The translations under genes were made by a program, and so were the position numbers. A stretch of 52,930 nucleotides of DNA from Vicinamibacterales bacterium (GTDB taxonomy: Bacteria; Acidobacteriota; Vicinamibacteria; Vicinamibacterales; 2-12-FULL-66-21): NCBI GenBank assembly GCA_040881785.1, contig JBBECO010000253.1:8968-61897 (forward strand), read 5' to 3'. Shown here piece after piece: positions 9,517 to 19,413 of this stretch (position 1 is the first letter of the stretch; each line of letters starts with the position of its first letter). The notes under the pieces are model-generated. The model did no database searches and had not been told where the DNA came from. It saw only the letters and a program-made list of their open reading frames with translations.

Positions 9517-10302
9517 ATGTCGCTCGACAACCTGCTCGCGGCGGTTCCGGCCGGGTCGCCCGAGGAGACGCTCGCGCGGCAGGTGAACTTCGACCGCCTG
9601 CCGCAGCACATCGCGGTGATCATGGACGGCAACGGACGATGGGCCGCCCAGCGGCACCTGCCGCGCGTCGAGGGGCACCGGGCCGGCATCGACGCCGTCC
9701 GCGACATCGTCGAAACCTCCGCGCGCCTGGGCATCCCGGTGCTGACGCTCTACGCGTTTTCCGTCGAGAACTGGAAGCGCCCCGTCACCGAAGTCTCGAC
9801 GCTCATGTCGCTGCTCAAGCGCTACCTGCGGTCGGAGCTCAACACGCTCCTCCGCAACAACATTCGTTTCAAGGTCATCGGCCGGTTCGAGGAGCTGGCG
9901 CCCGACGTGCAGGCGGAGCTGAAGGCCGCCGAAGACCGCACGGCCGCCAACACCGGCATGCGGTTCAACATTGCGCTGAACTACGGCGGCCGCGCCGAGA
10001 TCGTGGAGGCGGCGCGGCGGATACTCACGGCGGACCTGGATCCCGATTCGCTGGACGAGGACCGGTTCGCCGGCTTCCTCTACACGGCCGGCCAGCCCGA
10101 TCCGGATCTGCTGATTCGCACCAGCGGCGAGATGCGCGTCAGTAACTTCCTGCTCTGGCAGATCGCGTACGCGGAGATCTGGGTGACCGAGACGCTCTGG
10201 CCTGACTTCCGCGCGCGCCACCTGCTCGAAGGGATCCTCGAATACCAGAAGCGCGACCGGCGGTACGGCGGCATCACGCAGCCCGTGGGCGCCGGCCGCT
10301 GA
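9517..10302 (+). CDS. uppS: Undecaprenyl diphosphate synthase (cis-prenyltransferase)
   Basis: HIAVIMDGNGRWA, YAFSVENWKRP, NYGGR, DLLIRTSGEMRVSNFLLWQ. Confidence 0.95.
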   Translation: MSLDNLLAAVPAGSPEETLARQVNFDRLPQHIAVIMDGNGRWAAQRHLPRVEGHRAGIDAVRDIVETSARLGIPVLTLYAFSVENWKRPVTEVSTLMSLLKRYLRSELNTLLRNNIRFKVIGRFEELAPDVQAELKAAEDRTAANTGMRFNIALNYGGRAEIVEAARRILTADLDPDSLDEDRFAGFLYTAGQPDPDLLIRTSGEMRVSNFLLWQIAYAEIWVTETLWPDFRARHLLEGILEYQKRDRRYGGITQPVGAGR

Positions 10303-11090
10303 TGGCGCGGGTTCTCAGCGCCCTCGTCCTGCTGCCGCTCGTCGTGGGCGTGGTCTGGTTCCTGCCGCCGGCCGCGACGCTTGCGCTGGCCGTCGTCGCG
10401 GCCCTCCTCGCCTTTTGGGAGTACACCGTCATCGTCGCGGCACTCGAGGCCCGCGTGCCGCGGCTGATCATCGGGGCGGCGGTCGTCGCCGCGTGCGTCT
10501 CGGTGGGTGCGGGGTTGTTCGCCGCCGAGACCATCCTGATGAGCACGCTCATCGTCGTGGGTGCGCTGGCGGTGGCGGGCGGCTCACCAGGGCCGGCCGT
10601 CCTGCGCGACAGCGCGGCCTCGATCCTTCCGGTCGTCTACATCGGCCTTCCGCTCGGCGCGATCGCGGCCGTTCGGGCGTTCGCCGGGCGGGAAGCCGTC
10701 CTCCTGCTGATGCTCACGATCGTCATCAGCGATTCGGCGCAGTATTACTGCGGGCGCGCGTTCGGCCGGCGGCCGCTGGCGCCGTCGATCAGTCCGAAGA
10801 AGACCCTCGAAGGGGCCATCGGCGGCCTGCTGTTCGGGACGCTGGCGATGACGGTCGGCGGACGCTGGGTGTTCCCGGAGGCGCCGGTCCTGCTGCTGGT
10901 CCTGGTCAGCGCCTGCGTCTCGGCGCTGGGGATCGTCGGCGACCTGTTCGAATCGCTGCTCAAGCGCAGCGCCGGCGTCAAGGATTCCTCGAACATCATT
11001 CCCGGCCACGGTGGCGTACTGGACCGGATCGACAGCTGGCTGTTCGCCGCGCCGCTCTACTACGTCTTCATCCGCTACCTGCGCCTCTGA
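10302..11090 (+). CDS. cdsA: Phosphatidate cytidylyltransferase
   Basis: ISPKKTLEG, GDLFESLLKRSAGVKDS, PGHGGVLDRIDS. Confidence 0.95.
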   Translation: MARVLSALVLLPLVVGVVWFLPPAATLALAVVAALLAFWEYTVIVAALEARVPRLIIGAAVVAACVSVGAGLFAAETILMSTLIVVGALAVAGGSPGPAVLRDSAASILPVVYIGLPLGAIAAVRAFAGREAVLLLMLTIVISDSAQYYCGRAFGRRPLAPSISPKKTLEGAIGGLLFGTLAMTVGGRWVFPEAPVLLLVLVSACVSALGIVGDLFESLLKRSAGVKDSSNIIPGHGGVLDRIDSWLFAAPLYYVFIRYLRL

Positions 11091-12274
11091 TGACACGCGT
11101 GGCCATTCTCGGCGCGACGGGCTCGATCGGTCAGAGCGCGCTCGCGGTCGTGGCGGCCCACCGCGACCGCCTGCACGTGGTCGCCATGGCGGCGGGGGAG
11201 AATGCCGCCCTGTTCGCGGACCAGGTCGCCGAGGCCGCGCCCGACACCATCGCGATGGCCTCCGCCCAGGCGCTCGACGAGCTGAGGACCGCACTGAAGT
11301 CGCGCGGCGGTCCGCCAAAGACGATGCTGGCCGGTGCCGAAGGTCTGATCGCCGTGGCGACGCATCCGGAGGCGGACGTCGTGCTGTTTGCGTCCTCGGG
11401 GACGGCCGCGCTCGACGCCGTGCTGGCCGCGATCGAGGCGGGGAAGACCATCGCCCTCGCCAACAAGGAAATCCTGGTGATGGCGGGCGCGATCGTCATG
11501 AAGGCCGCGCGCGAACGCGGCGTGCTCGTGCTGCCGGTGGACAGCGAGCACAACGCGATTCACCAGTGCCTGCACGGGCGCGACATCCGCGAGATCAGGC
11601 GGCTGATCCTCACCGCCTCGGGCGGGCCGTTCCGTGGCATGTCCGGCGAGGCCCTGGAGACCGTCACCCGCGACGATGCCCTGCGGCACCCGACGTGGCG
11701 GATGGGACCGAAGATCACGATCGATTCCGCGACGCTGATGAACAAGGGGCTCGAGGTGATCGAGGCCCGCTGGCTCTTCGACGTCGGCCCGGACCGGATC
11801 GAGGTCGTCGTGCACCCGCAGTCGGTGGTCCATTCGATGGTGGAGCTGACCGACGGCTCGATCATCGCGCAGCTGGGCGTGACCGACATGCGGCTGCCGA
11901 TCCAGTACGCCTTCTCCTACCCGGAGCGATGGGCGGCGCCGTTGCCGCCGCTCGACCTGGTGCAGGCGGGCCGCCTCGATTTCGAGCGGCCCGATACGGA
12001 CCGTTTCCCGTGCCTTGCGCTGGCGTTCCGGGCGCTCCGGGGGGATCCCGGGCTGCCGATCGTGCTCAATGCCGCCAACGAGGTCGCCGTCGCCGCGTTC
12101 CTGGAGGAACGGCTGGCGTTTCCGTCGATCGGCCGGCTCATCGGGGCCTCGATGGACGAATACGAGCGCCTGGGCAGCCGGGACGTCCGGAACCTCGAGG
12201 ACGTGCGCGCCATCGACCGCTGGGCCCGTGAGTTCGCTGGGCGCCAGAGCCGTGCGGTACAATTGAATCCCTAG
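11090..12274 (+). CDS. dxr: 1-deoxy-D-xylulose-5-phosphate reductoisomerase
   Basis: ILGATGSIG, LANKE, PVDSEH, TASGGPF, HPTWRMGPKITIDSATLMNKGLE, NAANE. Confidence 0.97.
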   Translation: MTRVAILGATGSIGQSALAVVAAHRDRLHVVAMAAGENAALFADQVAEAAPDTIAMASAQALDELRTALKSRGGPPKTMLAGAEGLIAVATHPEADVVLFASSGTAALDAVLAAIEAGKTIALANKEILVMAGAIVMKAARERGVLVLPVDSEHNAIHQCLHGRDIREIRRLILTASGGPFRGMSGEALETVTRDDALRHPTWRMGPKITIDSATLMNKGLEVIEARWLFDVGPDRIEVVVHPQSVVHSMVELTDGSIIAQLGVTDMRLPIQYAFSYPERWAAPLPPLDLVQAGRLDFERPDTDRFPCLALAFRALRGDPGLPIVLNAANEVAVAAFLEERLAFPSIGRLIGASMDEYERLGSRDVRNLEDVRAIDRWAREFAGRQSRAVQLNP

Positions 12275-12316
12275 CGAGACCGATCAACTTCGTTGCCCGA
12301 AGTCTCGGTGCAACAC

Positions 12317-12364
12317 AGCCTGCCTCGCCGAAGCCCAAACAGCGAAGTCGGGGGCGAAGGCGGG
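12317..12364 (+). repeat. Dispersed AGCCTGCCTCGCCGAAGCC...GGCGAAGGCGGG repeat, copy 1
   Basis: Matches the reverse complement of 15613-15670 except for a shorter middle section. Confidence 0.75.
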
Positions 12365-12386
12365 TTCAACACTGGAAGACCTTTTC

Positions 12387-13709
12387 GTGCAGACATTGAT
12401 CTCGTTCGTTTTCGTCCTGGGCGTGCTCATCTTCGTCCACGAGCTCGGCCATTTCCTGATGGCGCGGCGGATCGGCGTCCGTGTGCTGACGTTTTCGCTC
12501 GGCTTCGGCCCGAAGCTGCTGAAGTTCACGCGCGGCGACACGGAGTACTGCGTCAGCGCGATCCCCCTCGGCGGCTACGTCAAGATGGCCGGCGAGAACC
12601 CGGAAGACAGCCGGACCGGTGCGTCCGACGAGTTCATGTCCAAGACCAAGTGGCAGCGCTTCCAGGTCCTCGTCATGGGCCCGGTGATGAACATCGTCCT
12701 GGCGCTCGTCATCATGACCGTCGTGCTCTATCAGGGTGCGCCGGTGCCTGCCTACGACAAGCACCCGGTGGTGATCGGCGGGTTCGCCGAGGAGTCGGTC
12801 GCGCGCGACGCGGGCCTGCAGGTGGACGATCACATCGTCGCCATCGACGGCGAACCGGTCACCGACTGGGAAGATTTCATGATCGAGGTCGTTCCCAAAG
12901 CCAACCGTCAGGTGACGCTGCGAATCGAGCGCGATGGCGCCACGCTCGAGAAGCAGCTCACGCCAGCGGCTCAGGGCAAGTTCGAGATCGGTACGATCGG
13001 GATCGTTCCGATTGTGAATCCGCAGGTGGCCGCCGTCATCCCCGGTGAAGCGGCGGACGCCGCGGGCCTCAAGGCGGGGGACGTCATCGTCGAGGCTGGC
13101 GGGGAACGCAATGCGAAGTACGAGCGCGTCCTCGAGCTGATCAAGGCGCACGGCGGGAAACCGCTGCCGCTCGGCATCCGCCGGGACGGAAATATCCTGT
13201 CGATCGACGTCACCCCGCGTCTGGAGGGGGACACCGGCAAGGTCGGCGCGACGATCAGATCGGCCGAATACCGCTTTGCCGATCCCGGCCCGCTCGAAGC
13301 CGTGAAGCTGAGCGCCATCCAGAACTGGGAATGGACGAAGCTCATTGGCAAGACCCTCAAGGGCCTGTTCACGCGCGACACGCCCATGAATCAGCTGGTG
13401 GGCCCGATCGGCATCGCCGAGCTGTCGGGCGGCGCCGCACAGGCCGGATGGCTGTCGCTCTTCGGCTTCATGGCGATGATCAGCCTGAACCTCGGGCTGA
13501 TCAACCTGATGCCGATCCCCGTCCTCGACGGCGGCCACATCCTGATCCTGGCGCTCGAGGGGGTCTCGCGCCGTGATTTCTCCATGAAGGTCAAGGAGAA
13601 GATGCTGCTCGTCGGGTTCGTCCTGCTGCTCACGCTGATGGTGACGGTCATCTACAACGACCTGGCACGCGTGGAGTGGATCCAGAAGCTGATGGTATGG
13701 CGAAGCTAG
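12387..13709 (+). CDS. rseP: RIP metalloprotease RseP (M50, two PDZ domains)
   Basis: HELGH, IPLGGYVKM, NLMPIPVLDGG; follows dxr. Confidence 0.95.
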   Translation: MQTLISFVFVLGVLIFVHELGHFLMARRIGVRVLTFSLGFGPKLLKFTRGDTEYCVSAIPLGGYVKMAGENPEDSRTGASDEFMSKTKWQRFQVLVMGPVMNIVLALVIMTVVLYQGAPVPAYDKHPVVIGGFAEESVARDAGLQVDDHIVAIDGEPVTDWEDFMIEVVPKANRQVTLRIERDGATLEKQLTPAAQGKFEIGTIGIVPIVNPQVAAVIPGEAADAAGLKAGDVIVEAGGERNAKYERVLELIKAHGGKPLPLGIRRDGNILSIDVTPRLEGDTGKVGATIRSAEYRFADPGPLEAVKLSAIQNWEWTKLIGKTLKGLFTRDTPMNQLVGPIGIAELSGGAAQAGWLSLFGFMAMISLNLGLINLMPIPVLDGGHILILALEGVSRRDFSMKVKEKMLLVGFVLLLTLMVTVIYNDLARVEWIQKLMVWRS

Positions 13710-13735
13710 CAGGACCTGAAACCGTACGTCCTGCA

Positions 13736-14497
13736 ATGGGAAATGGGAAATGTCTGCTTTCTCTTGCGCTGCTGTTGTGCCTGATCCTCGTGGTCACGCC
13801 GCAGGCGCAGGAACCGCTGCCGGATCCGGTCGGCACATTCTCGATCCTCGGCTTTGATCCGGCGACGGGCGAGGTCGGCGGCGCCGTGCAGTCGCGCGTG
13901 TTCTCGGTCGGCAACGGCGTCCTGTGGGCCGAGGCGGACGCCGGCATCGTCACGACGCAGGCGATCGTGGACGTGAGCTACGGTCCGAAAGGGCTGGCGC
14001 TGCTGCGCGCGGGGATGAAGCCGGAGGCCATCATCCGTGCCATCCTCGACAGCGACCCGGATCCTGGCTATCGCGGGCAGCCGTGGCCTAAGGCTGGACG
14101 CCAATTCGCCGTGATGGACGCGCAGGGACACTACGCCGTCCATACCGGGCCGGAGGCGTCGACGTGGGCGGGTCACAAGACCGGGAAGTTCTGCACGGCG
14201 CAGGGCAACATCCTGGCGGGGGAGGCCGTCGTCAACGGGATGGTCGAGGCGTTCGAGAAGACGGAAGGCCATCTGTCGATGCGGCTGATGGCCGCGCTCG
14301 ACGCCGGGCAGGCGGCCGGCGGCGATACCCGCGGCATGCAGTCGGCCGCGATGCTCATCGTCAAGAAGAACGCCGGCGTGTGGCTGAACAACGATGTCGT
14401 GCTGCGGCTCCAGGTGGACCACAGCCCCGACACCGCCTTGCAGGAGCTTCGGCGGATCGTCGAGTACTGGAACGGCCGTCGGCGTCCGCGCGGCTGA
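13736..14497 (+). CDS. DUF1028 family protein (Ntn-hydrolase-like), exported
   Basis: Signal peptide then TFSILGFDPATGEVGGAVQS, QGNILAG, GGDTRGMQSAA, LQVD; start approximate. Confidence 0.85.
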   Translation: MGNGKCLLSLALLLCLILVVTPQAQEPLPDPVGTFSILGFDPATGEVGGAVQSRVFSVGNGVLWAEADAGIVTTQAIVDVSYGPKGLALLRAGMKPEAIIRAILDSDPDPGYRGQPWPKAGRQFAVMDAQGHYAVHTGPEASTWAGHKTGKFCTAQGNILAGEAVVNGMVEAFEKTEGHLSMRLMAALDAGQAAGGDTRGMQSAAMLIVKKNAGVWLNNDVVLRLQVDHSPDTALQELRRIVEYWNGRRRPRG

Positions 14498-14507
14498 ATC
14501 TCGTAAC

Positions 14508-14564
14508 GCCCGACCTGAAGGTCGGGCCTACCTTCGGCCCGTAGGCCCGGCCTTCAGGCCGGGC
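14508..14564. repeat. GTAG-type REP doublet
   Basis: GCCCGACCTGAAGGTCGGGCCTAC (14508-14531) and the inverted GTAGGCCCGGCCTTCAGGCCGGGC (14541-14564). Confidence 0.85.
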
Positions 14565-14644
14565 GCACTCGTGACGTGTCTCCCCTGGAGGTCATCGCAG
14601 GCTTCAGGCTTGCGAAATTTCCCCGATTTTCGGCCCGGCCCTTC

Positions 14645-14659
14645 TGGCACAGCCGTTGC
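14645..14659 (+). promoter_or_regulatory. Putative sigma-54 -24/-12 promoter
   Basis: TGGCAC-AGCCG-TTGC matches TGGCAC-N5-TTGC; AGGAGG SD and ATG 14688 follow. Confidence 0.65.
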
Positions 14660-14687
14660 GCTCTCTCGGCCGTCCAGGAGGACGCTC

Positions 14688-15611
14688 ATGCGTCGTATCA
14701 GCGCTCTGGCGGTGGCCCTCATCGCCTCCATCCTCTTTACGCTCGATCTCCGGGCCGTCCAGCAACCACCCGCTTCTTCCGGCGCGACCTGCGATCCAGC
14801 CCTCATCAATCCCGACAGCTATCGCCTGACGACTGAGGCGCAGGCGCTCAACGCGCTGCGCCCGCGGGAGCCGTGGTGGGAGCCCTATGGCATCTGGAAG
14901 GAGCCGCGGGAGATCGGCGATCCCAACGAAGGGGCCACGACGCTTGCGGAGCGCGCCAGGGAGCTCGACGAGAAAAACCTGCTCGCGCACGGCCAGCTCG
15001 CGCGCCAGTACGTCGTCATGGCGGTCGATGCCCGCAAGGCTGACGACGCCTGGCAGCGTGTGCTCGACAGCGGCGGCGCGGTCGTGTGGCCGGCGACGCT
15101 CTACGATGTGGACCCGAGGAGCGTGTTCGTGTTCGCGTTCGATCGCACGAGCATCAGGATCTTCCGGCTCGGTCAGCTGGCCGGCGCGCTCGACACTCAC
15201 TTCGGCGTTCCGGAGTTTCCCGGTCCCGAGACGGTCGAGTTCTGGCGGGCGCTGGGCGGCTGCCTGCCTCCGAACGTCGCACCGGAGGCCGAGATCGCCT
15301 GGGGGGAGATCACGGAGATCGGGGGCCACAGCTGGGCGCTGCGATTCGAGCTGTCGCGAAAGGTCAGCGTCACGTCCGACCGCGGCAATCGCCGCAACGA
15401 CGACCGGCTCGAGGTCGCGCTCCACGGCCAGCCTGGCTTCGTGGATTTTCGCTTTGCGATGACCCGGTTCGGCCCACGGCCGCTCTTCGTGCGGCCGGTC
15501 GGACCGGATCCGGTGCTATATCAGGAGCGCCTACGCCACATGCTGACGAAGTCTTTCGATCCCGCAGGACGAATCAGGCTTCCAAAGCTGGGCCGCAGCT
15601 TCACCTGGTAG
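14688..15611 (+). CDS. Hypothetical secreted protein
   Basis: Strong SD; signal peptide MRRISALAVALIAS; 307 aa; no family recognised. Confidence 0.75.
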   Translation: MRRISALAVALIASILFTLDLRAVQQPPASSGATCDPALINPDSYRLTTEAQALNALRPREPWWEPYGIWKEPREIGDPNEGATTLAERARELDEKNLLAHGQLARQYVVMAVDARKADDAWQRVLDSGGAVVWPATLYDVDPRSVFVFAFDRTSIRIFRLGQLAGALDTHFGVPEFPGPETVEFWRALGGCLPPNVAPEAEIAWGEITEIGGHSWALRFELSRKVSVTSDRGNRRNDDRLEVALHGQPGFVDFRFAMTRFGPRPLFVRPVGPDPVLYQERLRHMLTKSFDPAGRIRLPKLGRSFTW

Positions 15612-15612
15612 G

Positions 15613-15670
15613 CCCGCCTTCGCCCCGACTTCGCTCTTCGAGCTTCGTCGAGGCTTCGGCGAGGCAGGCT
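15613..15670 (-). repeat. Dispersed AGCCTGCCTCGCCGAAGCC...GGCGAAGGCGGG repeat, copy 2
   Basis: Inverted relative to 12317-12364; lies between convergent genes. Confidence 0.75.
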
Positions 15671-15678
15671 CTGGACAG

Positions 15679-16596
15679 CTAGCGAAGCCGCGCGAGGTCG
15701 GCTTCCGCGGCGATGTAGCCGAAGCCCGCCCATTGCGTGTCGGCGTACTTGTCCACGAGGTTCGCCAGGATGGCGCGCGCGTCCTCCTTGCGGCCGTGAT
15801 ACAGATGCCAGTTCGCGACACCGTAGCCGATCGTGACGGCGTTGAGCGCTTCGGAGGTCGAGGCGTCGAGCAGGGCTCCGGCGGCGGTGGCGCCCTTGTA
15901 CATCATCAGGAGTCGATGGTAGGAGTCGTTCTCGATCACGGTCATGTCCGCTGTGATGGGGGCCAGCACTGCGGCCGCCTCCGCGTCACGATCCATCCGC
16001 CGCAGCGTCATGTACTGCCAGTGTGCGGTCGCCACCTGCATGTCGGCGTTCTTCGAATGCGCCATGCAGAGCCGATACGCGTCGGCCGCCTCCGCGAACT
16101 CCCCCTTCAGGTAGTGCGCAAGGCCAAGGTGGTAGTAGATATTCGTCTTCAACGTGCTCGTGGGAATGTTCTTCGCGTTCGGCTGGCCGTCCGGCTCGAC
16201 CTCGTCGGGACGTCCCTCTACGAGCGACGCGGCTTTCGAGAGGTCCGCTACGGCCTTGTCGAAGTCACGCACGCTGATGTATCGGTGACCGCGATGCCGA
16301 TACAGCCTCGGGTCCGCCGGATGCTTCTCGATGGCTGCTGAGAAGATGCGGATCGCATCGCGGTAGCGCCCGAGGTACGCCGTGCGGCGTCCCACCCAGA
16401 TCGCGGCGTCCGCGCTCGAGGGATCCTTGTCGAACGCCGCCTGCGCATCGGCGAGGTCCTTCTCCATCGCCGCCCGCCGCTCGGCCGGGATCGCCGGCGC
16501 GAAGAGCGGCTTGCCCAGGAGCGACGTCGCCTCCGGCGTACGCGTCTCCTGGGGACTGACGACCAGTGCCGCCAGCACGAGGATCATCTGCAACAT
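15679..16596 (-). CDS. Tetratricopeptide repeat protein, secreted
   Basis: Signal peptide; TPR-like helices (IWVGRRTAYLGRYRDAI, LYRHRGHRYI, IYYHLGLAHYLKG). Confidence 0.8.
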   Translation of the reverse strand: MLQMILVLAALVVSPQETRTPEATSLLGKPLFAPAIPAERRAAMEKDLADAQAAFDKDPSSADAAIWVGRRTAYLGRYRDAIRIFSAAIEKHPADPRLYRHRGHRYISVRDFDKAVADLSKAASLVEGRPDEVEPDGQPNAKNIPTSTLKTNIYYHLGLAHYLKGEFAEAADAYRLCMAHSKNADMQVATAHWQYMTLRRMDRDAEAAAVLAPITADMTVIENDSYHRLLMMYKGATAAGALLDASTSEALNAVTIGYGVANWHLYHGRKEDARAILANLVDKYADTQWAGFGYIAAEADLARLR

Positions 16597-16652
16597 GCGA
16601 GAAGCATACTCCGGGCATCCCGCATCCCGCACCCCGGTACAATCGACTTTGA

Positions 16653-18026
16653 ATGCCCCCGTCGCTTCACGATCTGCGTGGCGAGTTTCGCCCGATGCTC
16701 ACGCTCGCCCTTCCGGTCGTCTTTGCCGAACTGGGCTGGATGACGATGGGGATGGTGGACACGCTGATGGTAGGGCGCCTGAGCCCCGAGGCCATCGGTG
16801 CCGTCGGTCTCGGTTCGTCCATCTTCTTCGGCGTCTGCATCTTTGCGATGGGCCTGCTGCTTGGTCTCGATACGCTCGTCTCGCAGGCGTTCGGCGCCGA
16901 CGACGTCGATGCATGTCATCGGTGGCTCGTCCACGGCGTCGTACTGGCCGTCGGCCTCAGCATTCCGGTGAGCGGGCTGCTCTGGTGGATCGACAGCGGG
17001 CTGGACGCGTGGGGGCTCGATCCGACCGTCCTTGCCCTCACGCGTCCCTACCTCGGGATCGTCAGCTGGAGCGTGCTGCCGCTGCTGCTCTACGCGGCCT
17101 TCCGCCGCTACCTTCAGGGCATGGGCATCGTGCGCCCGGTCATGTTTGCGCTGCTGGCCGCCAACGTCGTGAACGTCGTCGTGAACTGGATCCTGATCTT
17201 CGGCAACCTGGGTGCGCCGGCGCTGGGCGTTGCCGGTGCCGCGTGGGCGACGGTGTTCTCGCGCGTGGCGATGATGGGTTTTCTGCTGGCGACGATCCTG
17301 TACCGGGAACGGGAGCAGCGACGCACGCGTGCCGGCGTGACCGGAGGCGTCTTCGGCGCGCTGACGCTCGAGATGGCCTGGTTCCGCCGCCTGCTCGCGC
17401 TTGGCACGCCGGCTGCCACCCAGCTGACGCTGGAAGTCGGCGCGTTTGCCGCCGCCACGGCGCTTGCCGGACGCCTGGCTCCGGTCTCACTGGCCGCGCA
17501 CCAGATCGCGATCAACTACGCGGCGCTGTCGTTCATGGTTCCGCTGGGGATTGCCTCTGCAGGCGCGGTGCGTGTCGGTCATGCGGTCGGCCGCCGCGAC
17601 GCCGCCGGCGCGGCGCGGGCGGGCTGGACGGCGCTGCTCTTCGGCGTGCTCTTCATGTCGGCGGCGGCCGCCGTGTTTTTCACGGTCCCGCGCCTGCTGC
17701 TGCGCGCGTTTACGGCCGACGCCGGCGTGCTGGAAGTCGGGGTCACGCTGCTGTTCGTCGCGGCGATCTTTCAGCTCTTCGACGGTGTGCAGGGGGTCGC
17801 CACTGGCGCGCTCCGCGGCCTCGGCGATACCCGAACGCCGATGCTGTGGAACCTCGCGGGGCACTGGTTCATTGGCCTGCCCCTCGGCTACTCGTTGTGT
17901 TTCCTGCTCGGGTTCGGTGTCATCGGACTGTGGTGGGGTTTGTCGCTGGGGCTGATGATCTGCGGTGTGGCGCTCTCCATCGTCTGGGCCCGCCGTATTC
18001 ATCAGCTCGAACGCGCCCTGTCGTGA
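16653..18026 (+). CDS. MATE family efflux transporter (NorM-like)
   Basis: MGMVDTLMVGRL, SQAFGA, GVAGAAWAT, AAHQIA, FQLFDGVQGVATGALRGLGDT; about 12 TM segments. Confidence 0.92.
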   Translation: MPPSLHDLRGEFRPMLTLALPVVFAELGWMTMGMVDTLMVGRLSPEAIGAVGLGSSIFFGVCIFAMGLLLGLDTLVSQAFGADDVDACHRWLVHGVVLAVGLSIPVSGLLWWIDSGLDAWGLDPTVLALTRPYLGIVSWSVLPLLLYAAFRRYLQGMGIVRPVMFALLAANVVNVVVNWILIFGNLGAPALGVAGAAWATVFSRVAMMGFLLATILYREREQRRTRAGVTGGVFGALTLEMAWFRRLLALGTPAATQLTLEVGAFAAATALAGRLAPVSLAAHQIAINYAALSFMVPLGIASAGAVRVGHAVGRRDAAGAARAGWTALLFGVLFMSAAAAVFFTVPRLLLRAFTADAGVLEVGVTLLFVAAIFQLFDGVQGVATGALRGLGDTRTPMLWNLAGHWFIGLPLGYSLCFLLGFGVIGLWWGLSLGLMICGVALSIVWARRIHQLERALS

Positions 18027-18050
18027 CGGCAGTACGACAACACGCAAGGA

Positions 18051-19280
18051 TCACCGGCGCTGCGGATATCTCGTCTCGACATAGTGGTCGACGAGATCCT
18101 TGAAGGCGGCGGCGAGCTCTTCGTACGTCCCCTTGAGCGTCGTGTGGAGCTCGCCGTCGATGAACACGGGGCAGTGCGGGGCTTCGCCGGTACCGGGCAG
18201 GCTGATCCCGATGTTCGCGGCTTTGGATTCCCCCGGTCCATTGACGACACAGCCCATGACCGCGAGCGTCATGGTTTCCACGCCCTCATGGCGCTTCTTC
18301 CAGTCCGGCATCCGCTCGCGGATGTAGTCCTGCGTGCGTTCGGCGAGCTCCTGGAACGTGCTGCTCGTCGTGCGTCCGCAGCCGGGGCAGGCCGTCACGC
18401 TCGGCGAAAACGACCGCAGGCCAAGTGCCTGCAGCAGCTCGCAGGCCGCATAGACCTCTTCGCGGCGGTCGCCGCCCGGCCTCGGCGTGAGCGAGACGCG
18501 GATCGTGTCGCCGATCCCCTCGTTGAGCAGCACGCCCATCGCCGCTGCCGACCACACCAGCCCCTTCGTGCCCATCCCGGCTTCGGTGAGGCCGAGATGC
18601 AGCGGCTGCTCGGTTCTGCGCGACAGCTCGCGGTACACGGCAATCAGGTCCCGCGGCCGCGAGGTCTTGCACGAGATGATGATCTGATCGCGGCGAAGGC
18701 CTGATTCGAGCGCGAGCTCGGTGGACTGCACGGCCGACAGCACCATGCACTCGTTGATGATTTCCTCCGACGTCCGTCCGAGGTCGCGGTCGGTGTTCTC
18801 CTGCATCTTCGCCAGGACCAGCTCCTGGTTCAGGGAACCGCCGTTGACGCCTATGCGCACGGGCCGGCCGTGATCCACGGCCACTTTGCAGATCGTCGAA
18901 AACTGCTCGTCGCGCCGCCGGCCCGTGCCGACGTTGCCGGGGTTGATCCGATACTTGTCGAGCGCCTCGGCGCAGGCCGGGTACCGCGTCAGCAGCAGGT
19001 GACCGTTGTAGTGAAAATCACCGATGAGCGGCGCCGTGACCCCGGCGTCCAGCATCCGCTGCTTGATTTCCGGGACGGCTGCCGCCGCTTCCGGAAGGTT
19101 CACGGTGACTCGCACCATCTCGGACCCCGCCTGTGCGAGCTCGATGCACTGCTGGGCCGTCGACGCCGGATCCGCGGTGTCCGTCATGGTCATCGACTGG
19201 ACGACGACCGGCGCGCCACCGCCCACCTGAACGGCGCCCACGCGCACGCCGACCGTCTTGTGAACCTTGAGAAAAGCCAT
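18051..19280 (-). CDS. ispG: (E)-4-hydroxy-3-methylbut-2-enyl-diphosphate synthase
   Basis: [57 protein letters not shown]. Confidence 0.97.
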   Translation of the reverse strand: MAFLKVHKTVGVRVGAVQVGGGAPVVVQSMTMTDTADPASTAQQCIELAQAGSEMVRVTVNLPEAAAAVPEIKQRMLDAGVTAPLIGDFHYNGHLLLTRYPACAEALDKYRINPGNVGTGRRRDEQFSTICKVAVDHGRPVRIGVNGGSLNQELVLAKMQENTDRDLGRTSEEIINECMVLSAVQSTELALESGLRRDQIIISCKTSRPRDLIAVYRELSRRTEQPLHLGLTEAGMGTKGLVWSAAAMGVLLNEGIGDTIRVSLTPRPGGDRREEVYAACELLQALGLRSFSPSVTACPGCGRTTSSTFQELAERTQDYIRERMPDWKKRHEGVETMTLAVMGCVVNGPGESKAANIGISLPGTGEAPHCPVFIDGELHTTLKGTYEELAAAFKDLVDHYVETRYPQRR

Positions 19281-19413
19281 TGATTCCTTTAATTTTAGCA
19301 GGAGGCCGTGAAGCCGCCGCATCCGTCTGATATGTATAGACAAGATGAGCTCAGCAGGCTCGCGTTTTGCAGATCCCACCGTGGCAGCCGGCTTTCGCCT
19401 GCTGGAAAGAGGA

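Noticed and set aside
19382-19396. Second sigma-54 promoter (TGGCAG-N5-TTTC)
   Set aside because: The -12 element lacks the conserved GC.
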